DNA of 64,000 bases from an uncultured Nitrososphaeraceae archaeon (GCA_963825865.1 CAWGVG010000036.1:121778-185777); one strand, 5' to 3'; numbered from the stretch's first letter, positions 43,735-56,185 are shown. The notes: a model not told the origin generated them from the letters alone. Translations and numbers: made by a program.

Positions 43735-45206
43735 TTGAATAAGAACTATCATCATCACCAATTGGAAATCGACGTATCACGAAATATTCTACCAATCAAA
43801 ATTGATACAAATGTAATTAACAAAGCATTTGACATGGCTAAAATACAAAATAGTCCAATTTTATCCATCGTGATTGGAACCAAACCGGATTTTTACAAAC
43901 AAGCACCAATTGTTTTTGAAGCGGTCAAAGAGAAACTGCCCGTATTTGTGATTGACATGGCCAGCATTTCGATGATCTACTAGGATTTGGAATTAGGGAG
44001 TTTGAATTGCAAAATATTATTGCCTGTAACCTACAAATTCGCGGTGACCTGATGGAAAAAGCAAGTGAACTTATTATAAAATTTGGTTCATTTGGACGAT
44101 ATTGTAAAAAAAGTTTTGATGCAAATTCGCAATTACTTCCAGTAGTTCATGGCGATACATTAGTCGCTGGAATAGCTCCTTTGGCATGGGTCTTTGGAAT
44201 GGGGCAAAAAGTAGCACAAAATGAAGCAGGTTTGAGATCGATGAGCCCCGAAATTATGAAGCATTTGAAAATTATGCAAGATCCTACTAAAGTTGTTGTA
44301 GAAAAGTTCATTGATGCTCAGTTTGAAGGTAAATGGTTTCTTGCCCGGGAAGAACCGTTTCCAGAACAAATTGACACATGGATTTGTTCTGCCGGTACAC
44401 AATACTTCTTTGCACCAACAATTTTGAACAAAGATAACCTTGTAAGAGAAGGTTATCCTGAAGAATTTATTCATGTTGTAGGAAACTCCGTAGTTGATGC
44501 AATTCATTTAAAAAGAAAAAGAAAATCAGATGAAAGCGTTTTCGATATCTATCCAAAATTAGAATGTGGCGAATGGATAAGGATGGACATACATAGACGC
44601 GAAAATCTTACCTGCCGTAGGTTCACTTCTATTATCAATGGGCTTGTAAATCTGATAGAAGATACATATCACAAAGTAGTCTTTGTAATGCTGAATGCTA
44701 CTTTATCTGCATTAAAGTCATATCAATTAGAGGGAAAATTACAAAATCTTGCCGAAAAATATCCGGATAGGTTCATTATTACCAGACTATGGAAAGAATA
44801 TGCGCATGTTATAGAATTTTTAGATAGTGGTCATTGCTGGGCAGAAATGACGGATTCTGAATATATGCAAGAAGAATTAATCTACTTTCCTGATGTAATG
44901 TCATTAACTGTTAGATTGAATACTGATAGACCAGAAACAGTGTTTGATGCAAAAAGTAACATACTAGTTCCACCTGTAAACTCAAAATGGATTACTTCAA
45001 TTGTTAAAGAGACCTTCAATAGAAAAGAGGGTTTAGGATTACAACTAAAGAATAAGAAACATATTTATGGTCGGCCTGGGCAAGTTTCGAAAGCGATCGT
45101 AAAAATAATCAAAAAGGAATTCGAAAGTGGCGATGCTAATTTCTATCCCTGGCTACATCAAAGAATTAATCTTTGGAAAGAAAACGAAGGATTAAGTTAT
45201 ATGTAG
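43735..45206 (+). CDS. UDP-N-acetylglucosamine 2-epimerase family protein (frameshifted)
   Basis: IGTKPDFYK, VHGDT, EAGLRS, PEQ, VGNSVVDA, HRREN, TDS..MQEE. Confidence 0.88.
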
Positions 45207-45397
45207 TTATCAAAATAATCATACTCAATTGATTTGAGATATGATGGATGATTGTTTGAATTCTCCATCCACATGATACATAGATAGAAGTCACGCTTAG
45301 TCACAACAACAAATCTGCGTCCGCTCTAATAATTATATAGAGCATGGTTTTTGAAGAAAAAACAATCGCCTTTATTTGTCATTAAAATTTAATGTTA

Positions 45398-48043
45398 TTA
45401 CATTGTTTTTGGTTCTTTCTTCCTCAAACCTTCAGTATATTTTAGTAGAAGACTGTCAAAAAATCTATTGAATCTATCGTCTTCCATAAGGGCATCATTA
45501 GGGTAAATCCCCAATGCTATTACTTTCCCCTTTTTGTAATCATGCTCATACGCTGCTATATGTAAATTCTTGCTAATTTTTGTCGGATCTTTATTGTTCT
45601 CCGTGTCACTATTATTGTTTTTAATGTCTTGGACGTTATTGTCTGATATTGTAGCATTATAATCCAGTAGTATCTTGACATTTGGATTAGTAATAAATTG
45701 TTCCTCACGATGTTTATATTCAAAAGGATTATTGGCAAATGTGATATTGCAACTATAGCATAAATAATTGCTTCCGACCCATTGGGATGTTTCATTTTCC
45801 CATCTCTCTTTAATATTTTTCCAAGCTGATTTATCATTAAACGCCCAATTATGGCCTTTAACCAATGTTACTGATTCACTATTTTTATCATAGCTTACTT
45901 CAGAATAGAAAATATTACTATATGGTAAAATAAGTACACCACCATTTGCTACAAATCTTTTTAGGTTGTTGTATTCTGCCTGCGTAACATATTCCTGATG
46001 TCCTAGAATGAGGACATCAAATTTATTAGATAATTTATTATCATCTTTGAAGATCAAACCATTATGGACGCCAACATCTGTCAATAATGCGATATTGTAG
46101 TTTGGCATTAACCATTCTATATTTTTCCTTAGTGAAAGTAGAGTAGATCCAGGTATTATGGGACTTTTATCTACCTTGCTTGTCAGCAAGTTTAGATATT
46201 TTGTAATATTTTGGCTATCTGATGCATTTGCATTAAGAGCGTAAAAAACATAAAATGAATTGTCATAAGCTGCATTTGTAAAAGAAGGCTCAACAAGTGC
46301 TATGTTAGTAGTGCTGTTAGATTTCTCATTGGTCTGATTTGAAATGCGTTCGGGGAATCCTGCTGTGATTATCTTCTTTTCCTCTACTACATTATCTTGA
46401 CAATGCTGATATGAAGTATGTTGTATAGTCGTTCCTGTAGTGTGTTTAGTGGTGGTATTATTATTATAATCCGATATTGGAATACTTTTGAAAAGTATCT
46501 CATCATTGGAAGTTGAGTCATCATGCCATACTATATTTGCGTCTTCCTTGTCATTGTTATCTATCACTGTTATCTGGGGATCAGATGAAGAGTCCATTAC
46601 TATTTCCGAATCATGTAGATATCGAATGGCACCATTTATATTAATTGTACAACCAATGATGCTACCATTATTCCCATTATCTGTAATTTCTTTCAAAGAT
46701 ATTTTTGAACCACTGAAATCTTTCTTATTATAATTGTCGTCCACCCAAACAACATACAGATTACCATTGCCTTGTGTCAAGGCTATTTGATGAGAGTTTG
46801 AATTTTCTGTATTATTGCTTAAATTAGTTGTATCTCCAAATGTTTTTCCATTATTGATACTTTGTCTAAAGTAGACTTCGCCATTTTTTTTCCCTGGGGA
46901 CTTCTCTTCCCAACTTACATATACTTTGTTATCAAAAGCCCCTATCTTTGCATCTATTGTCCGTCCTGTGTAATTATTTATGTTGATTATTTTATTATCA
47001 AATGTAGCTCCAAAATCATTACTGCTTTTAAACAAAATGTCTCTAAGTAACGGAAATTTTTTTTCAACAAATGTTCCATTAATCCACTCCACATATACAT
47101 TGTTATTTGATATAGATATTTGTGGATCAAATGACAATTTTGCATTATTGGTTAAATTTATCATGTTGCTAAAAGCATTGCCAGCATCAGTGCTTCTTGA
47201 AAATACTATGTTATTTGTTTCATTCTTTGCCCCCAGGTTTTGAGTACTGACCCATGTTGCATATACATTTGCAGATGATACAGCTATCTGAGGATAAAAT
47301 GATAACGGATGCTTTTTACTTAGACTAATTGCTTTATCAAAAGTCTCTCCTCCGTCAATACTCTTCCTAAGGACTATGCCATTAGATGAATCATGCCAGA
47401 TTGTATAGATATTGATACTATTGTTGTAGTTCTTCTTCTCGTTAGACGAAACAGCAGACATCTGAGGAAGTCCATAGAACCCAGTATTATTGCCCAAGCC
47501 AACTGTTTTGTCAAAATTATTTCCATTATCTATGCTTCTCTTAAAGAATATCTGACCATTGTTCTCCGGTGTATGCTCCCACACTACAAATACATAGTTA
47601 TATCTTGCAATAATCTGCAGATTATACGCTCCTCCTGGCATATTACTCAAGTTGATGGTATCCCCAAATGTTTTTCCTTGATCTATGCTTTTTCTAAAAA
47701 ATACGTCTCTATTTCCTGAAGTATCGTCTATCCACGCTATGTAAATATTATTGCCAGACATAGCTTCCTTAGGAATTTCTGACCTTCCTTTGTTCGAGCT
47801 AAGATTGACGGCAGGAATTTTACTTTCGGTTATGGCGTTTGTTTTAGTGTCTCTAGCAAATTGTCGGTCATAATATTTATTAGCAAAGTCTAAAGTTTGA
47901 TTGTGATTATTATTATCATCGTTGATACTATCATAGTTACTATAAGCATATGCTTTCTCCAAAAAGTAGAAAGAATTAGAACTAATACTTATAGCCAGCG
48001 GAGAAACTAATAAAATTGCAATGATTGTAATAATACTTTCCAC
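45398..48043 (-). CDS. Secreted protein with Asp-box/BNR (sialidase-like propeller) repeats and a C-terminal N,N-dimethylformamidase-beta-like domain
   Basis: Signal peptide; repeated SxDxGxTF; C-terminal FTNAAY…DVLILGHQEYVT…NLKRFVANGG…NIFYSEV. Confidence 0.8.
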   Translation of the reverse strand: MESIITIIAILLVSPLAISISSNSFYFLEKAYAYSNYDSINDDNNNHNQTLDFANKYYDRQFARDTKTNAITESKIPAVNLSSNKGRSEIPKEAMSGNNIYIAWIDDTSGNRDVFFRKSIDQGKTFGDTINLSNMPGGAYNLQIIARYNYVFVVWEHTPENNGQIFFKRSIDNGNNFDKTVGLGNNTGFYGLPQMSAVSSNEKKNYNNSINIYTIWHDSSNGIVLRKSIDGGETFDKAISLSKKHPLSFYPQIAVSSANVYATWVSTQNLGAKNETNNIVFSRSTDAGNAFSNMINLTNNAKLSFDPQISISNNNVYVEWINGTFVEKKFPLLRDILFKSSNDFGATFDNKIININNYTGRTIDAKIGAFDNKVYVSWEEKSPGKKNGEVYFRQSINNGKTFGDTTNLSNNTENSNSHQIALTQGNGNLYVVWVDDNYNKKDFSGSKISLKEITDNGNNGSIIGCTININGAIRYLHDSEIVMDSSSDPQITVIDNNDKEDANIVWHDDSTSNDEILFKSIPISDYNNNTTTKHTTGTTIQHTSYQHCQDNVVEEKKIITAGFPERISNQTNEKSNSTTNIALVEPSFTNAAYDNSFYVFYALNANASDSQNITKYLNLLTSKVDKSPIIPGSTLLSLRKNIEWLMPNYNIALLTDVGVHNGLIFKDDNKLSNKFDVLILGHQEYVTQAEYNNLKRFVANGGVLILPYSNIFYSEVSYDKNSESVTLVKGHNWAFNDKSAWKNIKERWENETSQWVGSNYLCYSCNITFANNPFEYKHREEQFITNPNVKILLDYNATISDNNVQDIKNNNSDTENNKDPTKISKNLHIAAYEHDYKKGKVIALGIYPNDALMEDDRFNRFFDSLLLKYTEGLRKKEPKTM

Positions 48044-48405
48044 TTACTATCGCTTATCATTTTCACACTACAGCATTACATTAAGTATTAAAAAGAAACA
48101 AACAGGAAATTCTACTTATGCAGACAAATGAATTAATGTCATATAATAGGTCAATAAGGGTTGGTTCTGTAAAAAATTTAGTACCTGCTTTAAATATTTC
48201 CACTTTTTCTCATTTTGTCAAAAGCGAGATCGGTATCCTTTTAGTGGATTATACCACCATAATTATGCTATCCCATCATTGATTATTCCATGGATCTCGA
48301 TTATTCGTTAAAGTGGAGGTATTTTGATAATCTCTTACAGTTAGTTATGCTGAGAAAGAGAAAGAAAAAAGACCTAAGTTTATACTTCGAATTTTTCTAT
48401 CTCTC

Positions 48406-49134
48406 CTATATTTTTCCTAATTTCTCGACATATTTTTTGTATGCATCAAGGTACGACTTCTTATCTCCTATATCTATAAAACCTGATTCAATCTTGAATC
48501 CTTTTACAATCCTCTTTTGTTCAAGGGCTTTTCTCACTGCATCATCCATTCCAAAAACACTTGACTTTGGAATAAGTTTTAGAAAATCCTGCTCTATAAC
48601 ATAACAACCAATGTTAATTAATCCACTAACTTCGGGCTTTTCGGTCCAGCTGGTAATTCTATTGCCTCCTCCATTAACATCAATAAAACCATACTTTAAC
48701 TTCGTTTTATATGATAATAGTGCCATTGAAACGAATGCTTTGAACTTTCTATGTTCGCTTATCATCTTACCAAGATCAAATTCATAAACTGAATCTCCAT
48801 ATAGGCAAACAAATGCATCATCATCATCCAGTAGATTTTCTGCTGTCTTTAATTGTCCTGCTGTTGCCAAAGGTCTTTCTGACCTAGCATATTCTATCTT
48901 GACGCCAAATCTCCTACCATCTTCAAAATAATCTTCAATTGTCCTGTGAAGATAGCTTACACAGAGAACAATATGATCTATTCCTTTAACATCGCCACCA
49001 TCACTTCTTTTGAGCCATTCAATTATATGCTCAAGAAGTGGTTTGTTACCTAAAGGCAACATGGGCTTGGGAATGAAGAACGTATATGGCTGTAACCTCG
49101 TTCCCAGACCGCCAGCAAGAACTACTGCTTTCAT
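48406..49134 (-). CDS. Sugar-phosphate nucleotidyltransferase
   Basis: LAGGLGTRL.P…PKPMLP, YGD, EKP, DIG. Confidence 0.92.
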   Translation of the reverse strand: MKAVVLAGGLGTRLQPYTFFIPKPMLPLGNKPLLEHIIEWLKRSDGGDVKGIDHIVLCVSYLHRTIEDYFEDGRRFGVKIEYARSERPLATAGQLKTAENLLDDDDAFVCLYGDSVYEFDLGKMISEHRKFKAFVSMALLSYKTKLKYGFIDVNGGGNRITSWTEKPEVSGLINIGCYVIEQDFLKLIPKSSVFGMDDAVRKALEQKRIVKGFKIESGFIDIGDKKSYLDAYKKYVEKLGKI

Positions 49135-49205
49135 ATCCAGATATTACTCCCTTTTCTCTACGCATTTCGTTAAATACAGTGGTATATAAGATGAAACGAT
49201 TAACT

Positions 49206-50547
49206 CTATCGATAATTTTTCAGTATCTTTTTAATTTTATTAATAACTTCATTTGGATCTCTCCCAAATATTATAATCATCGGCTCTTTACCGATATCTC
49301 CCTTGTGGTAAATGACTTTAGCTTTTGGATTTTTTACAAGTGCATTTTTAATTCCCCAAAATATAGTCATTCCTTCATTTTTCTTGATATTTTTAGGCTC
49401 CTCACTCCTATCATAATGAGAGATTTCAAAAAGCGATCGGCAAGCATATAATAATTTTTCATCATATTTAAGGTTTAGAGCGGATTTAATTGTAAAATCA
49501 ATTGTCATATAGGCTAGAACTGCTGATGCAACATGTGTTGAGGCGCCAAATTCTACGATTGAGGCAGATCTTGCCGTATTGCCAATCTTGATAATTCTAC
49601 CTTTTACACCAGCAACATTGGATATGTCTTTTGCATCAGGAAGTGCAAATACCATATTTGATTGAGTCTCAGGTATCAATCGACCAAAATCATTCAGTGT
49701 ATGAATTTCGTCGATAACATGTTGTAATTCCTGTAGGATATTGTAGCGGCTGGCATCATCGTATATTTTAGAGAGCGGATTGGTAACGACAAGCCCCTTA
49801 CCTAATCTCAATGTATTTTTAAGTGCGTTATGAACATATTGATTAGCTAACTTGCTTGCATCGATTAGGGGGAAACCCCTTGCTAGATAAGCAGTAGCGA
49901 GCCGATGAAAAATTACAACCCGACCCATGAGTCTCTCTGACTTTTATTCTTGGATTTGAAATTTTGATCGATCTACCATCACTGGTTAGAAGAATATCAG
50001 TAACAGATTTTTTGCTAAAATGACCGCCTTTAATGATAACGTTTTTTGCACCGAATTTTTTTATAATCTTGGCAGCTTCAATAGCATTGCTTTCGGATTC
50101 GATCTTTATATCTGTCAATTTTTCTGCCTCCATTAAATTTGGTGTAATTAGAGTGGAAATGGGAATGATCTCTGAAATAAAAGCTTCAAAAGCATTATCA
50201 AGTAAAAGCTTGGCTCCACTTCCTGCTGTAAGAATTGGATCTACTACAATAGGAGTTTTATATCCTTCAAGCAATTGATGTACAATTCGAATTACCTGTT
50301 TACTGTAAACCATCCCAATTTTTATGCTGTCTGGAGGGATATCAGTCATAATAGATTGAATTTGTTTTCTAATAATTTCAGGCCTTATCTTGAAGATGCT
50401 GGAAACTTCTTGAGTATTTTGAGCTGTAATTGCAGTAACTGCTGTACATCCATAAACACCCAATGCAGAGAATGTCTTTAAATCTGATTGTATGCCAGCG
50501 CCTGCTCCCGAATCACTTCCCGCAACGGATAACGCTATTTTTGACAA
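49206..50547 (-). CDS. thiDN: Bifunctional HMP(-P) kinase / thiamine-phosphate synthase ThiDN (frameshifted)
   Basis: AGSDSGAGAGIQSD, TAQNT, TPNL.E, KGGH, HGSGC; C-terminal IPETQSN…FGASTHVA…GKEP. Confidence 0.93.
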
Positions 50548-51206
50548 ACAATTGTTTTAAACAGAGATGCTTATTCAAACCTTATGAGTAAATAAAAAAT
50601 GGTATATAAGAGCGGGAGGAGTTTTTTGTTAATAAATGGCTACGAAAGTAATTATTAGAAATGCCACGGATTATTCTTAGAATGAGTAACGAAACCAAAA
50701 ATGAATAAAGAAGATAGAAAACGAAGACGAATTAGATGAATTCAAGGAAGATGATGATGTGTAAGAGATATGAATGCAACCAATAATAGGATGAGGTATA
50801 TTATTGAACCAAGGAGGCTAAGTTAGAAATGGTCGAGAAACTACGTTTCTTATTGTATTACTCTTCTCCAGTTCCAAAAACGTCTTATGTTATCTAAAAC
50901 ATTAGATATAGATGCTAGAGTTAATTTAGATGAAACTGCAATTATAAATGAATATAAAATATTTCCTCCATCTTGTTAAACGTTGTATAAAGTTATGGTT
51001 CTTCACACGAAAAGTCGGCAGATATCACCGATGACCTAAAAAGACTGCCAATAGGTAATAGCAAAAAACAATTGATTAATCAAAGAAAAATTATTATTAA
51101 ATAGCTGAAGACAGTTAAATTTGATTAATCTTCATATCTAACTTCTAGAAGATATTTAAATCATAGTAAAATGATACGAATATGTGAGAAGATGGTGTGA
51201 GTAATA

Positions 51207-51533
51207 TTGAGTAATAACAAGGAGTTTTTTTTACAGCAGCTAATGTGGATTGGTATTTCACTTGGTATCAGTCTTGCTATTTCAATATTTGTTCCTTTTC
51301 CTTACTCTCTACCAATAATAATAGCAGTTTTCATATTGCTGAGTTTTTACATGAGAAAGAGAGCATTGAGAAGGATGGGTATGTCTGGGACAACAACAAT
51401 GTTTGGCAATAGTGCATTGAACTATTACTGCATGGGTTGTGGTACAAAACACAATCAAGCAGCATGTCCTAAATGTGGTTCAAAGATGAAAAGGGTTGGT
51501 TCTTACGACTCTATTACTTTGTTAGTAATATAA
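51207..51533 (+). CDS. Small membrane protein with a C-terminal zinc ribbon
   Basis: Two TMs, then YCMGCG…ACPKCGS. Confidence 0.75.
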   Translation: MSNNKEFFLQQLMWIGISLGISLAISIFVPFPYSLPIIIAVFILLSFYMRKRALRRMGMSGTTTMFGNSALNYYCMGCGTKHNQAACPKCGSKMKRVGSYDSITLLVI

Positions 51534-52488
51534 CGGATATATGGATCTACTGTTTTTCTGTATGATATAGAGTCTAACCCAATATATATCCCAACCAAAA
51601 TAATTAGTAGCAAAATTCTATTTTAATCTAATTTATTATATTTATAGAAATTTATATACTATAAAATTACTAATAATGGAGTTATGATGAATATCTCTCT
51701 TTATTGCCTTTGCCGTTTTAGATTTGTTAATTAGGCGCAAATAATAGATGAATGATGCATGCCCTGTTGCACGAATAACAATAAGTCAATATGATATCAA
51801 TGTTTTCAATTATTATTTCAGACCAGTAAACATGTTGTACAATGATGTTTTCAATAACACTTCCTTGATCATGTTCGGGTATTTTCTAGTAGGATGATTC
51901 GTGCAACAAAGCAATGGATGATCGTTTTAAAGTCTATGTAAATAAAAACATGTATGTAATTGATTCAGAAGACTGCAAATTTAACAAAATTCTTGACCAG
52001 ATTTATAAAACAGTAAAAGTAGCTTACTGTCATTATGGGCAGTCGAAAAAGAAGGACAATCGCCAAATCTCAGAAAAAAAGTCGCAGTGTAGAGGGACGT
52101 TGTCCGCGATGTACTACAATAGTAAGATTCAATGTTAGCGGTCCAGTTGGAAACGAAATTTTTGAATGCACAGGATGTATGTCGAAGTACCATGTAGACG
52201 ATTTGTAATTAGACCAACAAGATCGTTATAGCGCGTATGTACACTTAAATGTTGAACGAGAACTATCAGGTACACTACCTCATAATTCTACACGTAGGCG
52301 ATACTACAATTATTGAATATGACTTATCTAATTAATAATAAGAGGTAGTTCTAAAATTCTCTATGTATCGTAAAGCATAGACAATTCGTATTCAAATTAA
52401 ATTTCTCGTTATTTGATTTACTATATATGATAATGCACTACATTTTTGTACCCGCCTTTATGCAATAAGCCTTAGATGGTCAACAGAA

Positions 52489-52737
52489 TTGAATACACCG
52501 GCAAGGTCTATGTTTATAGCGAGCGGGATGTCTAAAGATATGATTAAGCTTAGCACCGAAAAGTTAGAGGAACATGGTGTTAATGAAAATGATATTGTTG
52601 TTATTGAAGCACCAGAAGGTGTCCCAGAAGGTTCTATTATGGTCACAATCTGGCCGCACTATCTTTCAGTTGCAAAGGTGAAGCTAGTCAGAGAAGGATC
52701 CATTTATGCACCACAACTATTTAACATCGACCTTTAA
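52489..52737 (+). CDS. Hypothetical protein
   Basis: Coding-like composition in a clean ORF. Confidence 0.6.
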   Translation: MNTPARSMFIASGMSKDMIKLSTEKLEEHGVNENDIVVIEAPEGVPEGSIMVTIWPHYLSVAKVKLVREGSIYAPQLFNIDL

Positions 52738-52798
52738 ATTTTGGTGGGATAAGTAGTATAAAACGTTAAATCATTTAGTCATCATATTTGTACTTGAA

Positions 52799-52948
52799 TT
52801 GGACTTAACATTCTTTTGTAAACGTGGGCGGCACTCAGACTGCCCAGGAGAGTGGCCTGTAGGGGATGCTGATGCACCTACTCATGATTGCTCGTTTGAC
52901 ATTAAAATCGCCAAATGCCTGTGCGAGTGCCACACTACTACTAAATAG
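52799..52948 (+). CDS. 49-aa Cys/His-rich putative metal-binding microprotein (not in the ORF track)
   Basis: TTG-DLTFFCKRGRHSDCPGEWPVGDADAPTHDCSFDIKIAKCLCECHTTTK*; GC-richer than its flanks. Confidence 0.6.
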   Translation: MDLTFFCKRGRHSDCPGEWPVGDADAPTHDCSFDIKIAKCLCECHTTTK

Positions 52949-53369
52949 TCCCTGATAGTACAGCATTCTATAATAGGTGTGAACAAGAAATCATGAATCT
53001 GGTAAATCTTTCATGAGGGAGGCGGTATGATGATACTACTTCAGCAAGCTCCCTGTTATTTTTCATTCAACAGCCAAAGCTATTTAACTTGTGTATAGAG
53101 AACCATTACTGACAGACGATCATCTATACATAGAAACTTGTTCTTTTCGATGGCACAGAAATTAAACACAAATTGTTTTAAGCTATGAAAAATAGAATTC
53201 TTCACAACAAAAGTATCGTTTGACTCATATACTTATATTATTTATAATATCCAGTTAGACCCTGGAATATCATGAAGCATGAGCAGATGGGGTCAGATAT
53301 TGGAATATTTGATCATTTTTTTCCTTACGGAAAAAATCTTGCAGCCACCACATCATCATACCCCTAAAT

Positions 53370-53891
53370 TCAGTCGAATCCTATTCTGTCCATTAAATCT
53401 TTAGCTTTTTTACGTGTTTTGGGTGTAATTTTGACAATAACCATTCCTTCAAGCGGTTGACCATATAAAACAACTGAGCCGTCAGGAGCAATAGTAAAGA
53501 TGGGCAAAGCCAGCATATCCTCCTCACCATCGACTATGATTCTAACGGGAGAGGGCATTCTTAGTGCATCTTGTAAAAGGGATACAGCTTCTCTAGAGAT
53601 GGTGCCAGCGGTGTTAGAACAATGTAATTCCTGTACTATGATATTCTGCAAATGCAAACTGTTAATACTACTGCTACTTCGCTTTAAGCGTCTCTCCTTA
53701 CCATCAATAACTGATAGGTCTGGCAGTATGCCAAATGAAATTAATCGGTCAGTAGTAAAGTCGCCTACTGAGATTACTCTTTTTACATTTTTTAAAAAAC
53801 CTTTAATTTTATCTTTGGTAACTTTTTCATCTTGAATAAGAGTGCCGAAAGGTGTTTTTAAGATAAGGGCGTCGTCAGGATTGAGGGGCAT
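53370..53891 (-). CDS. GTP-dependent dephospho-CoA kinase (DUF359)
   Basis: LKTPFG, SVGD, DGKERR, VDGEEDMLALP, YGQP.EG. Confidence 0.9.
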   Translation of the reverse strand: MPLNPDDALILKTPFGTLIQDEKVTKDKIKGFLKNVKRVISVGDFTTDRLISFGILPDLSVIDGKERRLKRSSSSINSLHLQNIIVQELHCSNTAGTISREAVSLLQDALRMPSPVRIIVDGEEDMLALPIFTIAPDGSVVLYGQPLEGMVIVKITPKTRKKAKDLMDRIGFD

Positions 53892-55002
53892 TCTGCGTCT
53901 TTGCCGCTTCGGCAGATGTATTAGAGGCTTCGTTGGATTCAGCCTCTTCCTGTGCTTTCATCTCAGCTGCAATGACACTGACTCTGCCGGCTACTGTCTT
54001 CGCAACCTTGCTAAAGGTGTTTGAGTGCATAGAATTAGGCTCAGAGATTATTACTGGTTTACCAATGTCGCTTCCTTCCATGATCTGGGGATGAAGCGGG
54101 ATTTCTCCGATAAACGGTATATTGAATTGCTCGCTTACCTTCTGTCCACCACCCTTGCCAAAGATGTGTGTATGCTCTCTACAATGGGGACATTGCAAAT
54201 AACTCATGTTTTCGATAACTCCGATAATAGGTACGTTTAATTTGTTGAACATGCCCACCGCCTTGACTGCAACATTCATGGCTACATCTTGTGGTGTCGT
54301 TACGATGAGTATGCCAGTAATTGGAATTGTCTGTGCCAATGTTAACGGTGCATCGCCTGTGCCCGGTGGCAAATCTATAATCAAATAGTCAAGGTCTCCC
54401 CAATTAACGTCCGTTAAAAACTGCTTTACGATACCTGAAATTATTGGACCTCTGTAAATTCCTGCTTGCTGGGATTGTTCGTAGAAAAATCCCATCGATA
54501 TTACCTTAACGCCTTCTGAAATTGGAGGCTGGATTTTGTTGTCAACAACCTCTGGCGATGCCTTTAGACCAAGCATTAGTGGAACACTGGGTCCGTAAAT
54601 GTCCGCATCCAGTAATCCGACCTTTGCACCTGTCTTTGCTAATGCCAAGGCCAAATTTACGGAAACTGTGGTCTTACCTACACCTCCTTTACCACTGGCA
54701 ACCGCCAAAATATTCTTAACTCCGGGCAACAACTCATCCATGGAAATAGCACGTCCTTCCATTACTCGAGCTGTGACCTTTAGGTCAAGATCTCTTATTC
54801 CAATATTTGCAATAGTATTGCGAACATCTTGCTCGATATCGCTATTAAAAGGACATGCAGGAGTGGTGAGCTCAAGTGTAAAAGCAACCTTACCATCATT
54901 GATTGTTAGGTCCTTTATCATGCCCATAGAAACTATATCTTTATGTAATTCGGGATCCACAACCTTCTTTAACGATGAAAGAACTTGGTCAACAGAAACC
55001 AT
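53875..55002 (-). CDS. mrp: Mrp/NBP35 Fe-S cluster carrier ATPase
   Basis: DPEL…TTPACP, SGKGGVGKTT, DLPPGTGD, ENMS..CPHC. Confidence 0.95.
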   Translation of the reverse strand: MVSVDQVLSSLKKVVDPELHKDIVSMGMIKDLTINDGKVAFTLELTTPACPFNSDIEQDVRNTIANIGIRDLDLKVTARVMEGRAISMDELLPGVKNILAVASGKGGVGKTTVSVNLALALAKTGAKVGLLDADIYGPSVPLMLGLKASPEVVDNKIQPPISEGVKVISMGFFYEQSQQAGIYRGPIISGIVKQFLTDVNWGDLDYLIIDLPPGTGDAPLTLAQTIPITGILIVTTPQDVAMNVAVKAVGMFNKLNVPIIGVIENMSYLQCPHCREHTHIFGKGGGQKVSEQFNIPFIGEIPLHPQIMEGSDIGKPVIISEPNSMHSNTFSKVAKTVAGRVSVIAAEMKAQEEAESNEASNTSAEAAKTQNAPQS

Positions 55003-55258
55003 CTTGTTTATTAGAAAGTTGATTGATAGTATTTAAACCATTCTTGTTGATATCTCACGAATAAATTGAATTCTAGATTAAAAATGATAAAAGCACTAAC
55101 ACGTAGAATATCTAATATTCCATTGCAATTATATGATACCAAAAGGCGTGCATTTAGCAGTTGAGGTATTTGTCAAACACTAAAGTGAACTAGGCCTCTA
55201 ACAGATGGAATATCCTTTGCTTAAGGCAATACTCGATTACTACGTTATCTAAAAGAAA

Positions 55259-56185
55259 TTATGGGAAGATTTTTTTGACATCTTGAAATCTTTTCCGTAA
55301 TGTTACAATACTGGTATCTCCCGCGACAGCAATCTGCGCTTGGCTAACTTTTTCACTCTCCCTCAGACATGCTGCGTATAGGACCGCTACGGCAAGGGCA
55401 TTAGGATCTTTGCCATGTGAAATAGTATTCTCTTTTATGATTGTCAGCATTTGAAGGGCCCTTCTATATGTCCTTTCGCTAACTTTTGCTTTATTAGCTA
55501 TCTTGGCAAGGTATACATTAGAATCGATTACTGGTAGATGAAGCTTTAAATGTCTAACAAGCAATCGATAACATTTCCCTGCAAATATTGAATCAGTGTT
55601 TGCAGTCTCTGCTATTTCGTCAAGAGTTCGAGGAATATTTAGTTCTCTGCATGCTGCATAAACTGATGCTACGACTAGCGCTCGAATTGATCTTCCTTTG
55701 ATAATACGTTTGTCAAGTGCCTTACGATAGTTATAGGCTGATTTTTCCATGAGTGCGTCATTTAATGAAAGTTTATCCTTTACTGTGCTTAAAATAGCAA
55801 AAGCATTCTTGAGATTTCTATGGTAGCTCCTATTATTACTAGAAATTTTATTCCAACGCCTCATTCTCTGGACTTTGTTCATCTGCTCAGGACTGATTAC
55901 TATGCCATTTGCATCTACATTGGAATAAGATATGAAGGTGGACAGACCCATATCGTGGAATGCCAAAGATGTCGGCATTCCAGTTCTACTCTTGCTTTCA
56001 ATATCATCTCCTGAATAAATTCTCCATTCTGGTCCTAAAGACTCAGTGCTATCATGTATTACCATACCACATGAACTACAAACTGTCTCGCTAGTTTCGG
56101 CATCAAACACAGTTGCCTTACTGTCACAAAGTTTGCAAACCTCATTGTTAATACTTAATTGAGGCGATGATTCTTGTTTCATCAA
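55259..56185 (-). CDS. tfb: Transcription initiation factor IIB
   Basis: Zn ribbon CKLC…CSSCG, GPEWR, HDMGLST, cyclin repeats. Confidence 0.95.
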   Translation of the reverse strand: MMKQESSPQLSINNEVCKLCDSKATVFDAETSETVCSSCGMVIHDSTESLGPEWRIYSGDDIESKSRTGMPTSLAFHDMGLSTFISYSNVDANGIVISPEQMNKVQRMRRWNKISSNNRSYHRNLKNAFAILSTVKDKLSLNDALMEKSAYNYRKALDKRIIKGRSIRALVVASVYAACRELNIPRTLDEIAETANTDSIFAGKCYRLLVRHLKLHLPVIDSNVYLAKIANKAKVSERTYRRALQMLTIIKENTISHGKDPNALAVAVLYAACLRESEKVSQAQIAVAGDTSIVTLRKRFQDVKKIFP

